Shown: positions 1 to 9,281, counted from the stretch's first letter. The stretch is DNA of 64,000 bases from Longimicrobiales bacterium (GCA_965203485.1 OZ241892.1:2336001-2400000), one strand, 5' to 3'. Made by a program: numbers and translations. The notes: generated from the sequence alone by a model not told the origin.

Positions 1-2
1 TG

Positions 3-992
3 GACATGGAGGACTACGTTCGCGCGACGGCGCACAAGTTGTTGGATCAAGCGGTTGCGGCGGGCGCATGTTTCGACTTGATGTCCACGTTCGCCAGACC
101 ATTGCCCGTGCGGGTCATCGGAGGCATGGTCGGCTGGCCCGAGAGCGACTTCGCGGTCCTCCAGGGCTGGCTCGACAGCCGCCGCGCATACCACGAGAGC
201 GGCGGCGCGGCGATGCGCACCATGTCGATAGCTCGGTTTCCTCCTCCGGCGGGCAGGTGCGCAAGGGAAGAATGGCGTGACATGATTCGCGTTGAGATCC
301 GGTTCAGGCGGCGCCTCGCGGAACTTGTTGAACGGCGGCAAGCCGAGCCCCGGGACGACGTGGTCTCCAGGCTCGTCCGCGCAGGAAGCGAAGACGCCCA
401 ACTCGACCTCCGCGAGACGCACGTCATGTTGCAGATGTTGCTCGAGATCGGCAACACGACAACCACGAACCTGATCGGCAACGGCCTGCTGGCTCTCTTG
501 CGCCACCCGGAGCAAATGCAGCTGCTGCGCCAACGGCCAGCCTCCTCCCGGAACGCGGTCGAAGAGCTGTTGCGTTACGACGCGCCGGTACATGTGGACC
601 TGCGCGTTTGCCGCGGAGACGCCGAAATCGCAGGCCGGCGCGTTCCGTCTGGTTCGCGGGTGGCCTTGCTCTTGGGCGGCGCCAACCACGATCCCGACAG
701 GTTCGACCGGCCGGACGAACTGGACCTGACACGCCCTGCCAAGCGTCACGTCTCCTTCGGGCGCGGCATGCACCACTGCCTGGGCGCCCCGCTGGCGAGG
801 TTGCAGGGCCGAATCGCCTTCGAAGTCTTGCTGGAGCGATTCGCCGACATCCGCCTGGCCGCCCGCCCGCCGATCTTCAGGCGCAACGTCATTTCGCGTG
901 GCCTCAAGCACTTGGACGTTCGCGTGGCGCCGCGGCCTCCGGCCTTTCCGAAGAGCCGATCAGGAAAGTCTTCTCGGCCGCCCAGCGGCTGA
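3..992 (+). CDS. Cytochrome P450 (5' end likely outside window)
   Basis: ExxR (EELLR), heme motif FGRGMHHCLG, atypical I-helix LLEIGNTTT; frame open to window edge. Confidence 0.93.
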   Translation, partial: DMEDYVRATAHKLLDQAVAAGACFDLMSTFARPLPVRVIGGMVGWPESDFAVLQGWLDSRRAYHESGGAAMRTMSIARFPPPAGRCAREEWRDMIRVEIRFRRRLAELVERRQAEPRDDVVSRLVRAGSEDAQLDLRETHVMLQMLLEIGNTTTTNLIGNGLLALLRHPEQMQLLRQRPASSRNAVEELLRYDAPVHVDLRVCRGDAEIAGRRVPSGSRVALLLGGANHDPDRFDRPDELDLTRPAKRHVSFGRGMHHCLGAPLARLQGRIAFEVLLERFADIRLAARPPIFRRNVISRGLKHLDVRVAPRPPAFPKSRSGKSSRPPSG

Positions 993-1004
993 AGCTTGCC
1001 GGCC

Positions 1005-1049
1005 CTTGCCCGCAACTTCGCCGAGGCGGTGGCCATGGGTACGCAATGA
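1005..1049 (+). pseudogene. Short remnant of a lasso cyclase paralog C-terminus
   Basis: 1005-1039 matches 4622-4656 at 32/35 nt; LARNFAEAVAMG vs LARNLAEAVAMG. Confidence 0.6.
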
Positions 1050-1348
1050 TTCGGCATCGGCACCTTCTAGCCCCGCGATGGTTGCTATGAGCCGGGCAGC
1101 GGCACGACCAAGCCCGGTCGTTGGCGTTTGGTGTTACGTTCCTGGTCATGTACACCCGATGCCAAACAGGGCCTGATGAACGTCGTCTCCCGCCAAGTTC
1201 CGTCGCGCAGGCGCCAAATCCGTTTGTCCGCGGGCTGCTAGGTGCGCACCGCGACTGACGCGCCTCCCTTCACGATGGACGCCGACATCGGCCTTGGTGC
1301 CGGGGCCGCGCCACGCGTGCGCCGTCACGTCATGCGCCAACTTTCACC

Positions 1349-2311
1349 GTGAACACCAAGGTCGGGACGCAGTGCGTGGCTAGGCCGGTGCCGTTCACCG
1401 TCGGCGCCGACCTCGACTTGGAGCGGGCGGGGCCGCATTGGTTGCGCGACCATGGCAGCGACGTGGCCATCCGGCACGGACCGGTACCCGAATCCTTGCC
1501 GAAGCCGACCTGGACCACTCCGCGGTGCCAGGGCGTCGAAGGCCGCTTGCTCTTCACCACGTGGAACGGCAGCCGCTTCCTGCTGGAGGGCGGCCGGAGC
1601 GTTCGCTACGCATGGCCGCCCGGCCAGGACGCCGCAACAATGAGGCGAATGGCGGAGAACACGATCTTGGGTCCCGTGTGGGCGATGCTAGCCATGCAAA
1701 GGGGTCTGCTTCCGATGCATGCCGGCGCCAACACGGCCCGCGCGGGAGACGAAGTCCATGCCTTCGCGGGGCCGTCCGGGGCGGGAAAGTCCACGATGGC
1801 CGCGGGACTGGCGGCACGCGGACATCCTTTTTTTTCCGACGACGTCTTGATCCTCGACCCGGCCTCGTTCAGCGAGTCCGCCCTCTGCTGGGGCCTTCCG
1901 CGACTGAGGTTGTGGCCCAGCGCCCTGACCATGCTCGGCGGGATCGAATCCGGCCCCCGCGTACGCTCGTTCAGCCCCGCCAAGAAGGCGGACGCCGACC
2001 CGCGACACGTGTCGGCCGTGCCGACCGGCCGCCTGCGAAGCTTGTTCGTGCTGGCAAACCGCGGCGGTGAGGCCGAGGCGAAGGCGATAAACGTTGAACC
2101 CCTACGCGGCGGCCGCGCCATCGGGGCGTGGATGGGCGCCGTCATGAGGCGACCGGTGGCGCGCGCGATGCTGGAACAGCGACAGTTGCTGGAATGGGCG
2201 GCGTCGGCGGTCAAGCAAGTGGACGTGTTTGCTTTGCGCCGCTCGATGGCGCACGAGCGCTTCGCCGACGACACCCGTTTCTTGGTGCAGATGCTGGATG
2301 GCGCCGCTTGA
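1349..2311 (+). CDS. HPr kinase-like P-loop kinase (lasso-cluster kinase type)
   Basis: PMHAG, GPSGAGKST, FSDD, PRLRLW motifs; next to lasso genes. Confidence 0.85.
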   Translation: MNTKVGTQCVARPVPFTVGADLDLERAGPHWLRDHGSDVAIRHGPVPESLPKPTWTTPRCQGVEGRLLFTTWNGSRFLLEGGRSVRYAWPPGQDAATMRRMAENTILGPVWAMLAMQRGLLPMHAGANTARAGDEVHAFAGPSGAGKSTMAAGLAARGHPFFSDDVLILDPASFSESALCWGLPRLRLWPSALTMLGGIESGPRVRSFSPAKKADADPRHVSAVPTGRLRSLFVLANRGGEAEAKAINVEPLRGGRAIGAWMGAVMRRPVARAMLEQRQLLEWAASAVKQVDVFALRRSMAHERFADDTRFLVQMLDGAA

Positions 2312-2377
2312 ATCGACTCCAGCGGCAACTGCGCGTCTGCATGCCCTAAGCCCCACAGGGCTCCGTTCCGCTTGCGG

Positions 2378-2672
2378 TGCGGTCTTCGGCTGGTGGTGGA
2401 TGGCGTTGGGGCAAGTCGACGCTGGCGGCGGCGTTGTCCGGGCGGGTTGTCCGCTTCGGCGACAGCGTCCCGATCGTCGACCAGGCCCGTGCGGAGGCGA
2501 TGCGCTGCGCTGACGTTGCTACGACCTGAAGCTGGGCCCGCGGGGCTTGGCGGCCGGCGGCCTCGGCGATCGGGAACGCAAGCCGGTGCGGGAGGCCGAG
2601 GACTGCGGGAAGTGGCATGTCGCACCGCATGCGCGGTCGCCTCGCGTGTCGGGGTTGTTGCGGACAGTGTAA
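2378..2672 (+). pseudogene. Frameshifted fragment of a second HPr-kinase-like gene
   Basis: GKSTLAAALSGR at 2410, then DLKLGPRG...PVRE...SGLLRTV in another frame from 2523, colinear with the kinase at 1349-2311. Confidence 0.65.
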
Positions 2673-2714
2673 TTTCTTGAGTCGCACAGCTACCCGTCGA
2701 ACCAGGAGGACCGC

Positions 2715-2777
2715 ATGAAATTCGAGCGCGTGGCTGCCAGCGCGGGCGGTTGCACCGACTCGAAATGGCAGCGATAG
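2715..2777 (+). CDS. 20-aa ORF MKFERVAASAGGCTDSKWQR, possible precursor remnant or leader ORF
   Basis: AGGAGG RBS at 2704-2709; ORF overlaps the cyclase start. Confidence 0.35.
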   Translation: MKFERVAASAGGCTDSKWQR

Positions 2778-4687
2778 CAGGCGTCTTTCAGCGCGACGGT
2801 TCGCCCGTGAAGGCCGACCGGTTCGCGAGAGTCGCGGACGCCTTGGCGCTGTTCGGTCCGCGACTGGACCAATGGCGCGAAGGACCGTCCGGCCTTCTCT
2901 GCCGAAGCGCGCCGGGCGTCCGGGCCGACCTGGGCGACTGCCGCCTTGTTAGGTGCGCGGGGGACGGCGTCGTGCTGTTCCACGGCCGTCTCCAAGCCCG
3001 CGACGAGCTGGCGGACGCGGTGCAGGCGAGCCGTGGGGCGGACGAGCTGGCGGACGCCGAGCTCTTCGCCCTGGCCTGGGATCGTTGGGATGAAGAGGCG
3101 CTCGAGAGAGCGCTGGGGAACTTCGCGGCCGTGGCCTGGGTTCCCGGTCGGCGCCGACTCCTGGCCTCCTGTTCGTCGATCGAGCCGCCGCCGCTCTACT
3201 ACTGGGTGGGCCGCGATTCGGCGGTCGTAGCCACGGCGCCACGAGGAGTGCTGGCGTGGAACGGACGCCCGCGCCGCTTGAACGACGAACACTTGGCCGC
3301 CTGTCTGGGCGGCGACCTGAGCGACGTGTCCGGAACCTGCTGGCACGACGTCGATTCTCTGCCTCCGGGCGAGACGCTGAGCGTGACTCCCACCGCGCAC
3401 AGGATCCGCCGCTGGCACGTCCTGGACGAGCTGGACGGCGGCCGCCCGAGCACTGTTTCGTCTGCCGACTGCGTCGAGGCGACCTGGGCGATGCTGCGCC
3501 GGGTGGTCGGCGACGCGGCGGCGGCCCCCGAGGCGACGGCGATCATGCTGAGCGGCGGCCTCGACTCGGCGGCCGTCGCCCTGGCGGCGCTCGACGTTCT
3601 GGCAGGGCCGGGCGCGGCGCCGCTCCTGTCGGTCACGATGCGTCCTGCGCCCGGGTGGGACAAGGCCGCGTTCCCGGGCGCGCTGACGGACGAGTGGCCC
3701 CTGGTTCGCGCGCTGGCGGAGATGCATCCGCGACTGGACGCGCGCTTTGCGGATGCCGCGAGCACGAGATGGGACTGCGGGTTGGAGCGCCGCTTCGAGC
3801 TCGCCGAAGCGCCGCCGGTGCGGTACATGGGCATCGCGTTTGACGGCGTTTGCCGCGAACTCGCCCGCGAGGAGGGCCGGCGCGTCCTCTTGGACGGCAG
3901 CGCCGGCAACGCCACGTTCAGCTTCGACGGCTGGCGGCGCCTGGCGGAGCTGTTGAGGGCCCGTAGCGCTCTCTCCCTCTGGAAGGAAGCGCGTGCCGCG
4001 CCCCGGCTGCTTTGGGGCCAAGCGCTCCTGCCGTTGTTGCCGACCGCAGTCCAGCGGTGGTTTCCGCATCGGCGTCATGGCCACCTGATAATGGGGGAGC
4101 GGACTGCCCTGCATCCGGCCTTCGCCCGTCGTGTCGACTTGGCCGAGGCGGCTAACGAGAGGCGCCAGCGCGCGCTGGCGAAGTCGGTCCGGGAGGCGCA
4201 GTGGGTCATGGTCAACGGATTCGCCGCGCAGTCGTGCGAAATCCGCTCGAACCTCTTGGCCTCGCAAGCCGCCCTGGGCGTTGCCAGGCGCGCGCCGTTG
4301 CGCGATCGCCGCTTCGTCGAATGGTGCCTGAGCCTTCCGTCCGCGCAGTACATGGAGAACGGCGTGACGCGGTTGCTGGCGAAGCGGATGTTGCGGGGCC
4401 GCGTGCCCGACGAGGCGCTCTCCGAGCGAAGAAGGGGGGTCCAGGACGCGGATTGGCATATGCGGCTGACTCCGGACATTCCCGCCATCCGAGAGGAGAT
4501 ACGGGAATGGAGGCGCGACCCGGCCGTGGCCGAACGACTAGACGTCGGGCGGCTGGCGCGGGTCTTGGAAAGGTGGCCGGATTGGGCTTCTTGGTTGCGG
4601 CGAGACCACCCGGACTGGCGGCTCGCCCGCAACCTGGCCGAGGCGGTGGCCATGGGCCGTTTCGTCCGGTGGGCGGAACGGACGTGA
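2765..4687 (+). CDS. Lasso peptide cyclase / asparagine synthetase-like protein (C)
   Basis: N-terminus MAAIAG lacks the Ntn Cys; MLSGGLDS ATP-PPase motif; RAPLRDRR; clustered with B1 and B2. Confidence 0.88.
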   Translation: MAAIAGVFQRDGSPVKADRFARVADALALFGPRLDQWREGPSGLLCRSAPGVRADLGDCRLVRCAGDGVVLFHGRLQARDELADAVQASRGADELADAELFALAWDRWDEEALERALGNFAAVAWVPGRRRLLASCSSIEPPPLYYWVGRDSAVVATAPRGVLAWNGRPRRLNDEHLAACLGGDLSDVSGTCWHDVDSLPPGETLSVTPTAHRIRRWHVLDELDGGRPSTVSSADCVEATWAMLRRVVGDAAAAPEATAIMLSGGLDSAAVALAALDVLAGPGAAPLLSVTMRPAPGWDKAAFPGALTDEWPLVRALAEMHPRLDARFADAASTRWDCGLERRFELAEAPPVRYMGIAFDGVCRELAREEGRRVLLDGSAGNATFSFDGWRRLAELLRARSALSLWKEARAAPRLLWGQALLPLLPTAVQRWFPHRRHGHLIMGERTALHPAFARRVDLAEAANERRQRALAKSVREAQWVMVNGFAAQSCEIRSNLLASQAALGVARRAPLRDRRFVEWCLSLPSAQYMENGVTRLLAKRMLRGRVPDEALSERRRGVQDADWHMRLTPDIPAIREEIREWRRDPAVAERLDVGRLARVLERWPDWASWLRRDHPDWRLARNLAEAVAMGRFVRWAERT

Positions 4688-4825
4688 GTTCGTTGACGCG
4701 GCGCTAGTTCGCCGCAACCACGACGTGGCGTCGCCCGCCAAGCCGACTTGGATGCCCACGTCAAGCCCTGCTGGGCGACATGCCGCGGAAGGAACGCGGC
4801 GTTGCAGGAGGCCAGCACGGCCAAG

Positions 4826-5020
4826 TTGCCGCTGGTGCACGCCTACCCCGCCTACGGGCGCGTCAGGGCCGATCCGCAGGGACGCTTGTGGGTGGAGGAC
4901 TATCGCTTGCCCGGAGACGAAGCGCGGACATGGACGGTCTACGACGGCCAGGGATGCGTTCGCGAGGTGGTCGAGTTGCCGGAGGGCCTGGAGGTCTACC
5001 TAGTTGCAGAAAGGGCCTAT
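4826..5020 (+). pseudogene. C-terminal fragment of a 6-bladed beta-propeller-like protein
   Basis: YPAYGRVRADPQGRLWVEDY...WTVYDGQG...VELPEGLEV resembles propeller C-termini; no intact N-terminus; boundaries approximate. Confidence 0.5.
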
Positions 5021-5216
5021 TGTGTTGTCGGACGCCGTCTTGTTCGTGGCGCTGCCCGGCTCGAAGCAACCATCGCCAGGATACATGGCGCCGACGCCGA
5101 TTATCACGTGGCTGCGATTCAGCTTGGGCGGCGTCCGCCGGCGCTCTAGGATCCTTGGACGATCGGTCCCTCTGGGTCTGCACGCTCGCGTGACGCCAGA
5201 CCGCTCGACGAGCAGC

Positions 5217-5245
5217 TTGACGCCCCTGCTCGCCTTCCCCATTTT
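5217..5245 (+). promoter_or_regulatory. Possible sigma70-type promoter for B1-NTase-B2
   Basis: TTGACG-17 nt-CATTTT upstream of the PqqD ATG. Confidence 0.35.
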
Positions 5246-5283
5246 TTCCTGTGATCCCGTAGCCGTTGCCCGTCACCGCATCC

Positions 5284-5577
5284 ATGCCGATCACCGCCAA
5301 CACCAAGGTGCGACGCACGACCGACGACTTCGTGCAAGCGGAAGTGGACGACGAGCTCGTGCTGATGGACGTGGAGCGCGGCTTGTTCTACGGCCTCAAG
5401 GAGACGGGGCGGGCGGCGTGGGACTTGATGGACGAAGGTGCCGGTTGGCATTCGGTGGGCGCATTGGTCTCGTCGCTGTGTGGGGAATTCGAGGTGGACG
5501 AGGAAACATGCCTTCGGGACTTGGCCGCCTTGGTCGACGAGCTGGAAGAGGCGGGGCTCGTCGAAGTCGCCGAATAG
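5284..5577 (+). CDS. PqqD family / RiPP recognition element (lasso B1)
   Basis: EVDDELVLMD...FYGLKETGRAAWDLM...LCGEFEVDEETCLRDL...LEEAGLV. Confidence 0.92.
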   Translation: MPITANTKVRRTTDDFVQAEVDDELVLMDVERGLFYGLKETGRAAWDLMDEGAGWHSVGALVSSLCGEFEVDEETCLRDLAALVDELEEAGLVEVAE

Positions 5578-5618
5578 GACCCGCGGCTCGGGGTTCCGGC
5601 GTGGGGCAGGCGGGAGAG

Positions 5619-6725
5619 ATGGCGGCTCTCCTTGCGGGCGTGCGGCTGGGCTTTGCGTCGATGGCCCACGCCCGCATCCGAATGGACGCCGGCAGCTTCG
5701 AGCGAAACGCCGAAGCGCTGCAGCGAACGAGGGAATGGACGGCGCTGGCTTCCTTGGCCCAGCTCCATGGGGTGGCGGGCTTCGTATGGCAGGGCGTGCG
5801 CGCCGCTGGCGAGCTTGTTCCACCGTCCGCCGCGCGGCCGCTTCAAGTGGTTCGCGACCGGTTGGTGCGGCGCTCGGGGCGGCAACTGCACCAGTTGAAG
5901 CGGGCCGTGGACGTCCTTCGCGACCACGAGATTCCGTGTCTGGTCCTCAAGGGCCTGCCCCTGAGCCAGAGACTCTACGCGCACCCGTGGATCCGCGGGT
6001 CCGTGGACATCGACTTGATGATCCCGTCCGGCAGCATTCTGGCCGCGGACCGGGCGTTGGGGGCAGCCGGCTGGAACAGGAAGTACCCGGTGGTGCCGGA
6101 CCGCATGATTCGGAACCGCTGGCACCGCCGGTACGGACAGCACCTGGAGCTTCGGGGTCCGGCGGGCATGCTCGAACTGCACTGGCGGTATTCCCACCCT
6201 TCCTACCATCCGGCGACCTTCGAGACGCTTCATGCCCGTAGCCGCTCCGTGCGCGTGGGCAACGCGGCGTTCCCGGTGCTGGAGGACGACGACGACTTCA
6301 TGTTTCTGGCCGCCCACGGCGCGCGCCACTTCTGGAGCCGGCTAGTGTGGTTGTGCGACGTGGTCTTGGCGCTCGCCGGCATGGAACCGGACGGGGCCCG
6401 GCGCGCCTTCGCGAAGTGTGCCGACGCGGGCCTGGACGGAGCTCCGGCAACGGCGCTTCGGCTTGCCGGCGATTGGCTGGGCACGACGATTCCCGGCGTC
6501 CGTCCGGCCTCCCTGCGTGCCGGTCCGCGCCTCGTCGTCCGCCACGCGCCGCGGGGGTGGACCGGGACGCCGGAATCCAGGCTGAAACGACGGCTCCGGC
6601 GGAAGTTCGGCGCCCTGGCGGTCAAGCGAAACGCACGTGCGACCATGGAAGAGCTGGGGGCGTGGACGGCCAACTCGATCGTGCGATTCGCGCACCGCCG
6701 GGGCCAGAAAGGCCCGAGCGCATGA
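5619..6725 (+). CDS. Nucleotidyltransferase family protein (lasso-associated NTP_transf_5 type)
   Basis: LVLKG, RGSVDIDLM, ELHW, RLVWLCD motifs. Confidence 0.85.
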   Translation: MAALLAGVRLGFASMAHARIRMDAGSFERNAEALQRTREWTALASLAQLHGVAGFVWQGVRAAGELVPPSAARPLQVVRDRLVRRSGRQLHQLKRAVDVLRDHEIPCLVLKGLPLSQRLYAHPWIRGSVDIDLMIPSGSILAADRALGAAGWNRKYPVVPDRMIRNRWHRRYGQHLELRGPAGMLELHWRYSHPSYHPATFETLHARSRSVRVGNAAFPVLEDDDDFMFLAAHGARHFWSRLVWLCDVVLALAGMEPDGARRAFAKCADAGLDGAPATALRLAGDWLGTTIPGVRPASLRAGPRLVVRHAPRGWTGTPESRLKRRLRRKFGALAVKRNARATMEELGAWTANSIVRFAHRRGQKGPSA

Positions 6726-7213
6726 CGAGCCCGCCGCCAGCGAGCAACCGGCGTTGCCGCCTTGTCCGAACGTTCCTTCGCGCGCCGGCCGGCTTCAGCG
6801 TTGCGATCCTCGAGGCGGCGCTGTTCCTCTCAGTCGCCCGCGTCCTCGTCAAGTGGGTGCCCTTCGGCCGCTGGCGCCGCACCGTGGCCATGCGGGACGC
6901 GGCGCCCATGTCCAACGGCAACGCCCGCGCGGCCGACGCTCAGTCGATCGCCCGCGCTCGCAGGCTCGCTCGGGTCGTGCGCCGAGTCGCCCGCCTGATG
7001 CCCTTCGAGGCCGCTTGTCTTCCCCGGGCCGTCGCGCTTCAGTGGATGCTCCGCCGCAGGGGCGTCGCCAGCCGGCTGGTCCTCGGAGCCCGCCGCAATT
7101 TGGAGAACGACGAGCTTCAGTTGCACGCATGGCTCACGTCGCCCGGCGGCGTGGGGCTGATCGGCGCCCGCCAAGCAAGCCAGTACACGGCGCTCCCGAG
7201 CTTCGGCGACTGA
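6722..7213 (+). CDS. Lasso peptide B2 leader peptidase (transglutaminase-like)
   Basis: CLPRAVALQWMLRRRG...LVLG...HAWL; ATGA overlap with upstream gene. Confidence 0.9.
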   Translation: MTSPPPASNRRCRLVRTFLRAPAGFSVAILEAALFLSVARVLVKWVPFGRWRRTVAMRDAAPMSNGNARAADAQSIARARRLARVVRRVARLMPFEAACLPRAVALQWMLRRRGVASRLVLGARRNLENDELQLHAWLTSPGGVGLIGARQASQYTALPSFGD

Positions 7214-7271
7214 CCCCGGAACCCCGGCCGGGCGACCAAGCCATCTTGCGCACCTGTCCTCAACCAAGAAT

Positions 7272-8168
7272 CTAGGCTTGGGGGCCAGCCCCCGCCATCA
7301 GCGCCGTGATGACCGCAACGGCGGCGACGTCTTGCTCGGACGCCCCGCGGGAGAGGTCGTTCGCGGGGGCGGCCAGGCCTTGCAGGATCGGCCCGAACGC
7401 CGCGGCGCCCGCGAGTCGCTGGACGAGCTTGTAGGCAATGTTGGCCGCGTCCAGGGTGGGGAAGACTAGGATGTTGGCTTCGCCGCGGACGGTCGAGCCG
7501 GGCCATTTCGAGCGGGCGACGGCGGGCGCCAGCGCCACGTCGGCCTGCATCTCGCCGCCGGAGGGGACGCCGGGGTGCGAATCGCGGAAGAGTCGGGCGG
7601 CCGCGCGCATCTTGTCGACGAAGGGACCTGCCGCGCTGCCTCGGGTCGCGTAGGACAGGAAGGCCACGACGGGGTCGTCGCCGACGACCAGGCGGCGCAG
7701 GCGCACGGCCTCGGCGGCGATCTCGGCGAGTTGGCCGGGACGGGGGTCGGGGACGACGGCGGGATCCGCGAAGGTGAGCACTTCGCGCCCGCGCCCGCGG
7801 AAGTCGTGCAGGTCGAGGAAGAAGCACGACGACAGCGTGCGCGCGCCTGCGCGCAGTCCAACATGGCGAAGCGCGGCCCGCGCGACCGCGGCCGTCGGGT
7901 GAACGGCTCCCGCCACGACTCCGTCCACTGCGCCGTCCGCCAGCATCCGCATGGCCTTGGCGAGCGTGTCCTCGGCGGAGGCGGAGCCGCTCTCGGCGTC
8001 GCCCAGCGCGTTCAGGAGGACAGGTTCCACGATGCCGCGGCGCTTCAAGGCGGCGGCGGCGCGGCGCACGCGCGGATCGGCGGCCTCGGGGAAGCCGATC
8101 CTGCGCCGGAGCGGAGCCGCCCGGGCCGCCAGGATCTCCGCAAACGACCGGGAGGCGCGTGCGGTCAC
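7272..8168 (-). CDS. pta: Phosphate acetyltransferase family
   Basis: IGFPEAADPR, FPTLDAANIAYKLVQ, GPILQG, NDLSRG. Confidence 0.85.
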   Translation of the reverse strand: MTARASRSFAEILAARAAPLRRRIGFPEAADPRVRRAAAALKRRGIVEPVLLNALGDAESGSASAEDTLAKAMRMLADGAVDGVVAGAVHPTAAVARAALRHVGLRAGARTLSSCFFLDLHDFRGRGREVLTFADPAVVPDPRPGQLAEIAAEAVRLRRLVVGDDPVVAFLSYATRGSAAGPFVDKMRAAARLFRDSHPGVPSGGEMQADVALAPAVARSKWPGSTVRGEANILVFPTLDAANIAYKLVQRLAGAAAFGPILQGLAAPANDLSRGASEQDVAAVAVITALMAGAGPQA

Positions 8169-8671
8169 CCCGGTTCGGACTTGGGCGATCCGCGCAGGCG
8201 GTCGAGCACGGGGGCGGACACGAAGCGGCTCACGTCGCCCCCCAGGGCCGCGACCTCGCGCACAAGCGACGCGGACAGGAAGGAATGCTCCACTTCGGGC
8301 GCGAGGAAGAGCGTCTCCATGTCGTTGCGCAGTTCGCGGTTCATCTGGGCCATCTGGAACTCGTACTCGAAGTCGGAGACCGCGCGCAGCCCGCGGATGA
8401 TGAAGCGGGCGCCGGCCCGTTCGGCGAAGTCCACCAGGAGACCCGAGAACGACACGCACTCGATGCGCGGCTCGGCGGCGAAGACCTGTTCCAGGAGCTC
8501 GAGGCGCTCGGCGATCGGAAAGAGCGGATTCTTCGCCTGCGACGACGATCCGGCCACGGCCACGACGAGGCGGTCGCAGAACCTGAGCGTCCGGCGGGCG
8601 ACGTCTTCGTGTCCCAGCGTCACCGGGTCGAAGGAGCCCGGATAGACGGCGACGATGGGGCGCACCGTCAT
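8165..8671 (-). CDS. coaD: Phosphopantetheine adenylyltransferase
   Basis: YPGSFDPVTLGH, RGLRAVSDFEYE. Confidence 0.97.
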   Translation of the reverse strand: MTVRPIVAVYPGSFDPVTLGHEDVARRTLRFCDRLVVAVAGSSSQAKNPLFPIAERLELLEQVFAAEPRIECVSFSGLLVDFAERAGARFIIRGLRAVSDFEYEFQMAQMNRELRNDMETLFLAPEVEHSFLSASLVREVAALGGDVSRFVSAPVLDRLRGSPKSEPG

Positions 8672-8747
8672 GGCCCGGCGACGCGGCGGAGGAGTGCCCG
8701 CAGGCTGGCGGGGCGGCCGGACGCGGGCGGGGCGGCGTGCGCAGCGG

Positions 8748-9281
8748 TCATGGCGGGACGGCGAAGGAGCCGGTCAGGGCGGTGCGGCCGTACCGGCGGC
8801 GGACGGCGCGGGGGTCGTCCGGCAGGGCCTCCGCGGCGTCGTGCTCGATCCAAAGCTCGGAAGCGAAGGGCGCCCGCCGGTAGAGCGCGAGAAGTTGCGC
8901 GGCGAAGCCTCGCCCGTACGGGGGATCGGCGAGAGCCAGCTGGTAGCGGGGCGCGTCCCCGAGGCCGCGAAGATGCGCAACCGCGTCTCCGCGAATCACC
9001 GCGCAAGCGCCGCCTGCGCCCAAACGCCGGATGTTGCGCTCCAAAGCTCGCGCCGCGAAGGAGCTGCGCTCGACGAACGTGACGTGCGACGCGCCCCGGC
9101 TGAGCGCCTCCAGCCCCAGGGCGCCCGATCCGGCGAACAAGTCGGCGACGGCGGCGCCCGCCAAACGCGCGCCGAGGATCGACATCCACGCCTCGCGCAC
9201 GCGGTCCGCGGTCGGCCGCACGCGAACGCCGACGGCGGGCCGGATCCGCCGACCCTTCCATTTTCCTGCGATGATCCGCAC
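8748..9281 (-). CDS. rsmD: 16S rRNA m2G966 methyltransferase
   Basis: RIIAGKWKGR, RPTADRVRE, DLFAGSGALG, DPPY; AGGAG RBS. Confidence 0.93.
   Translation of the reverse strand: MRIIAGKWKGRRIRPAVGVRVRPTADRVREAWMSILGARLAGAAVADLFAGSGALGLEALSRGASHVTFVERSSFAARALERNIRRLGAGGACAVIRGDAVAHLRGLGDAPRYQLALADPPYGRGFAAQLLALYRRAPFASELWIEHDAAEALPDDPRAVRRRYGRTALTGSFAVPP

Noticed and set aside
1148..1352. Short ORFs MYTRCQTG... and MDADIGLG... as lasso precursors
   Set aside because: No leader motif, no Thr(-2)/ring Asp-Glu pattern, no RBS
2765..4687. Ordinary asparagine synthetase AsnB
   Set aside because: Lacks the N-terminal catalytic Cys and sits with B1 and B2 genes
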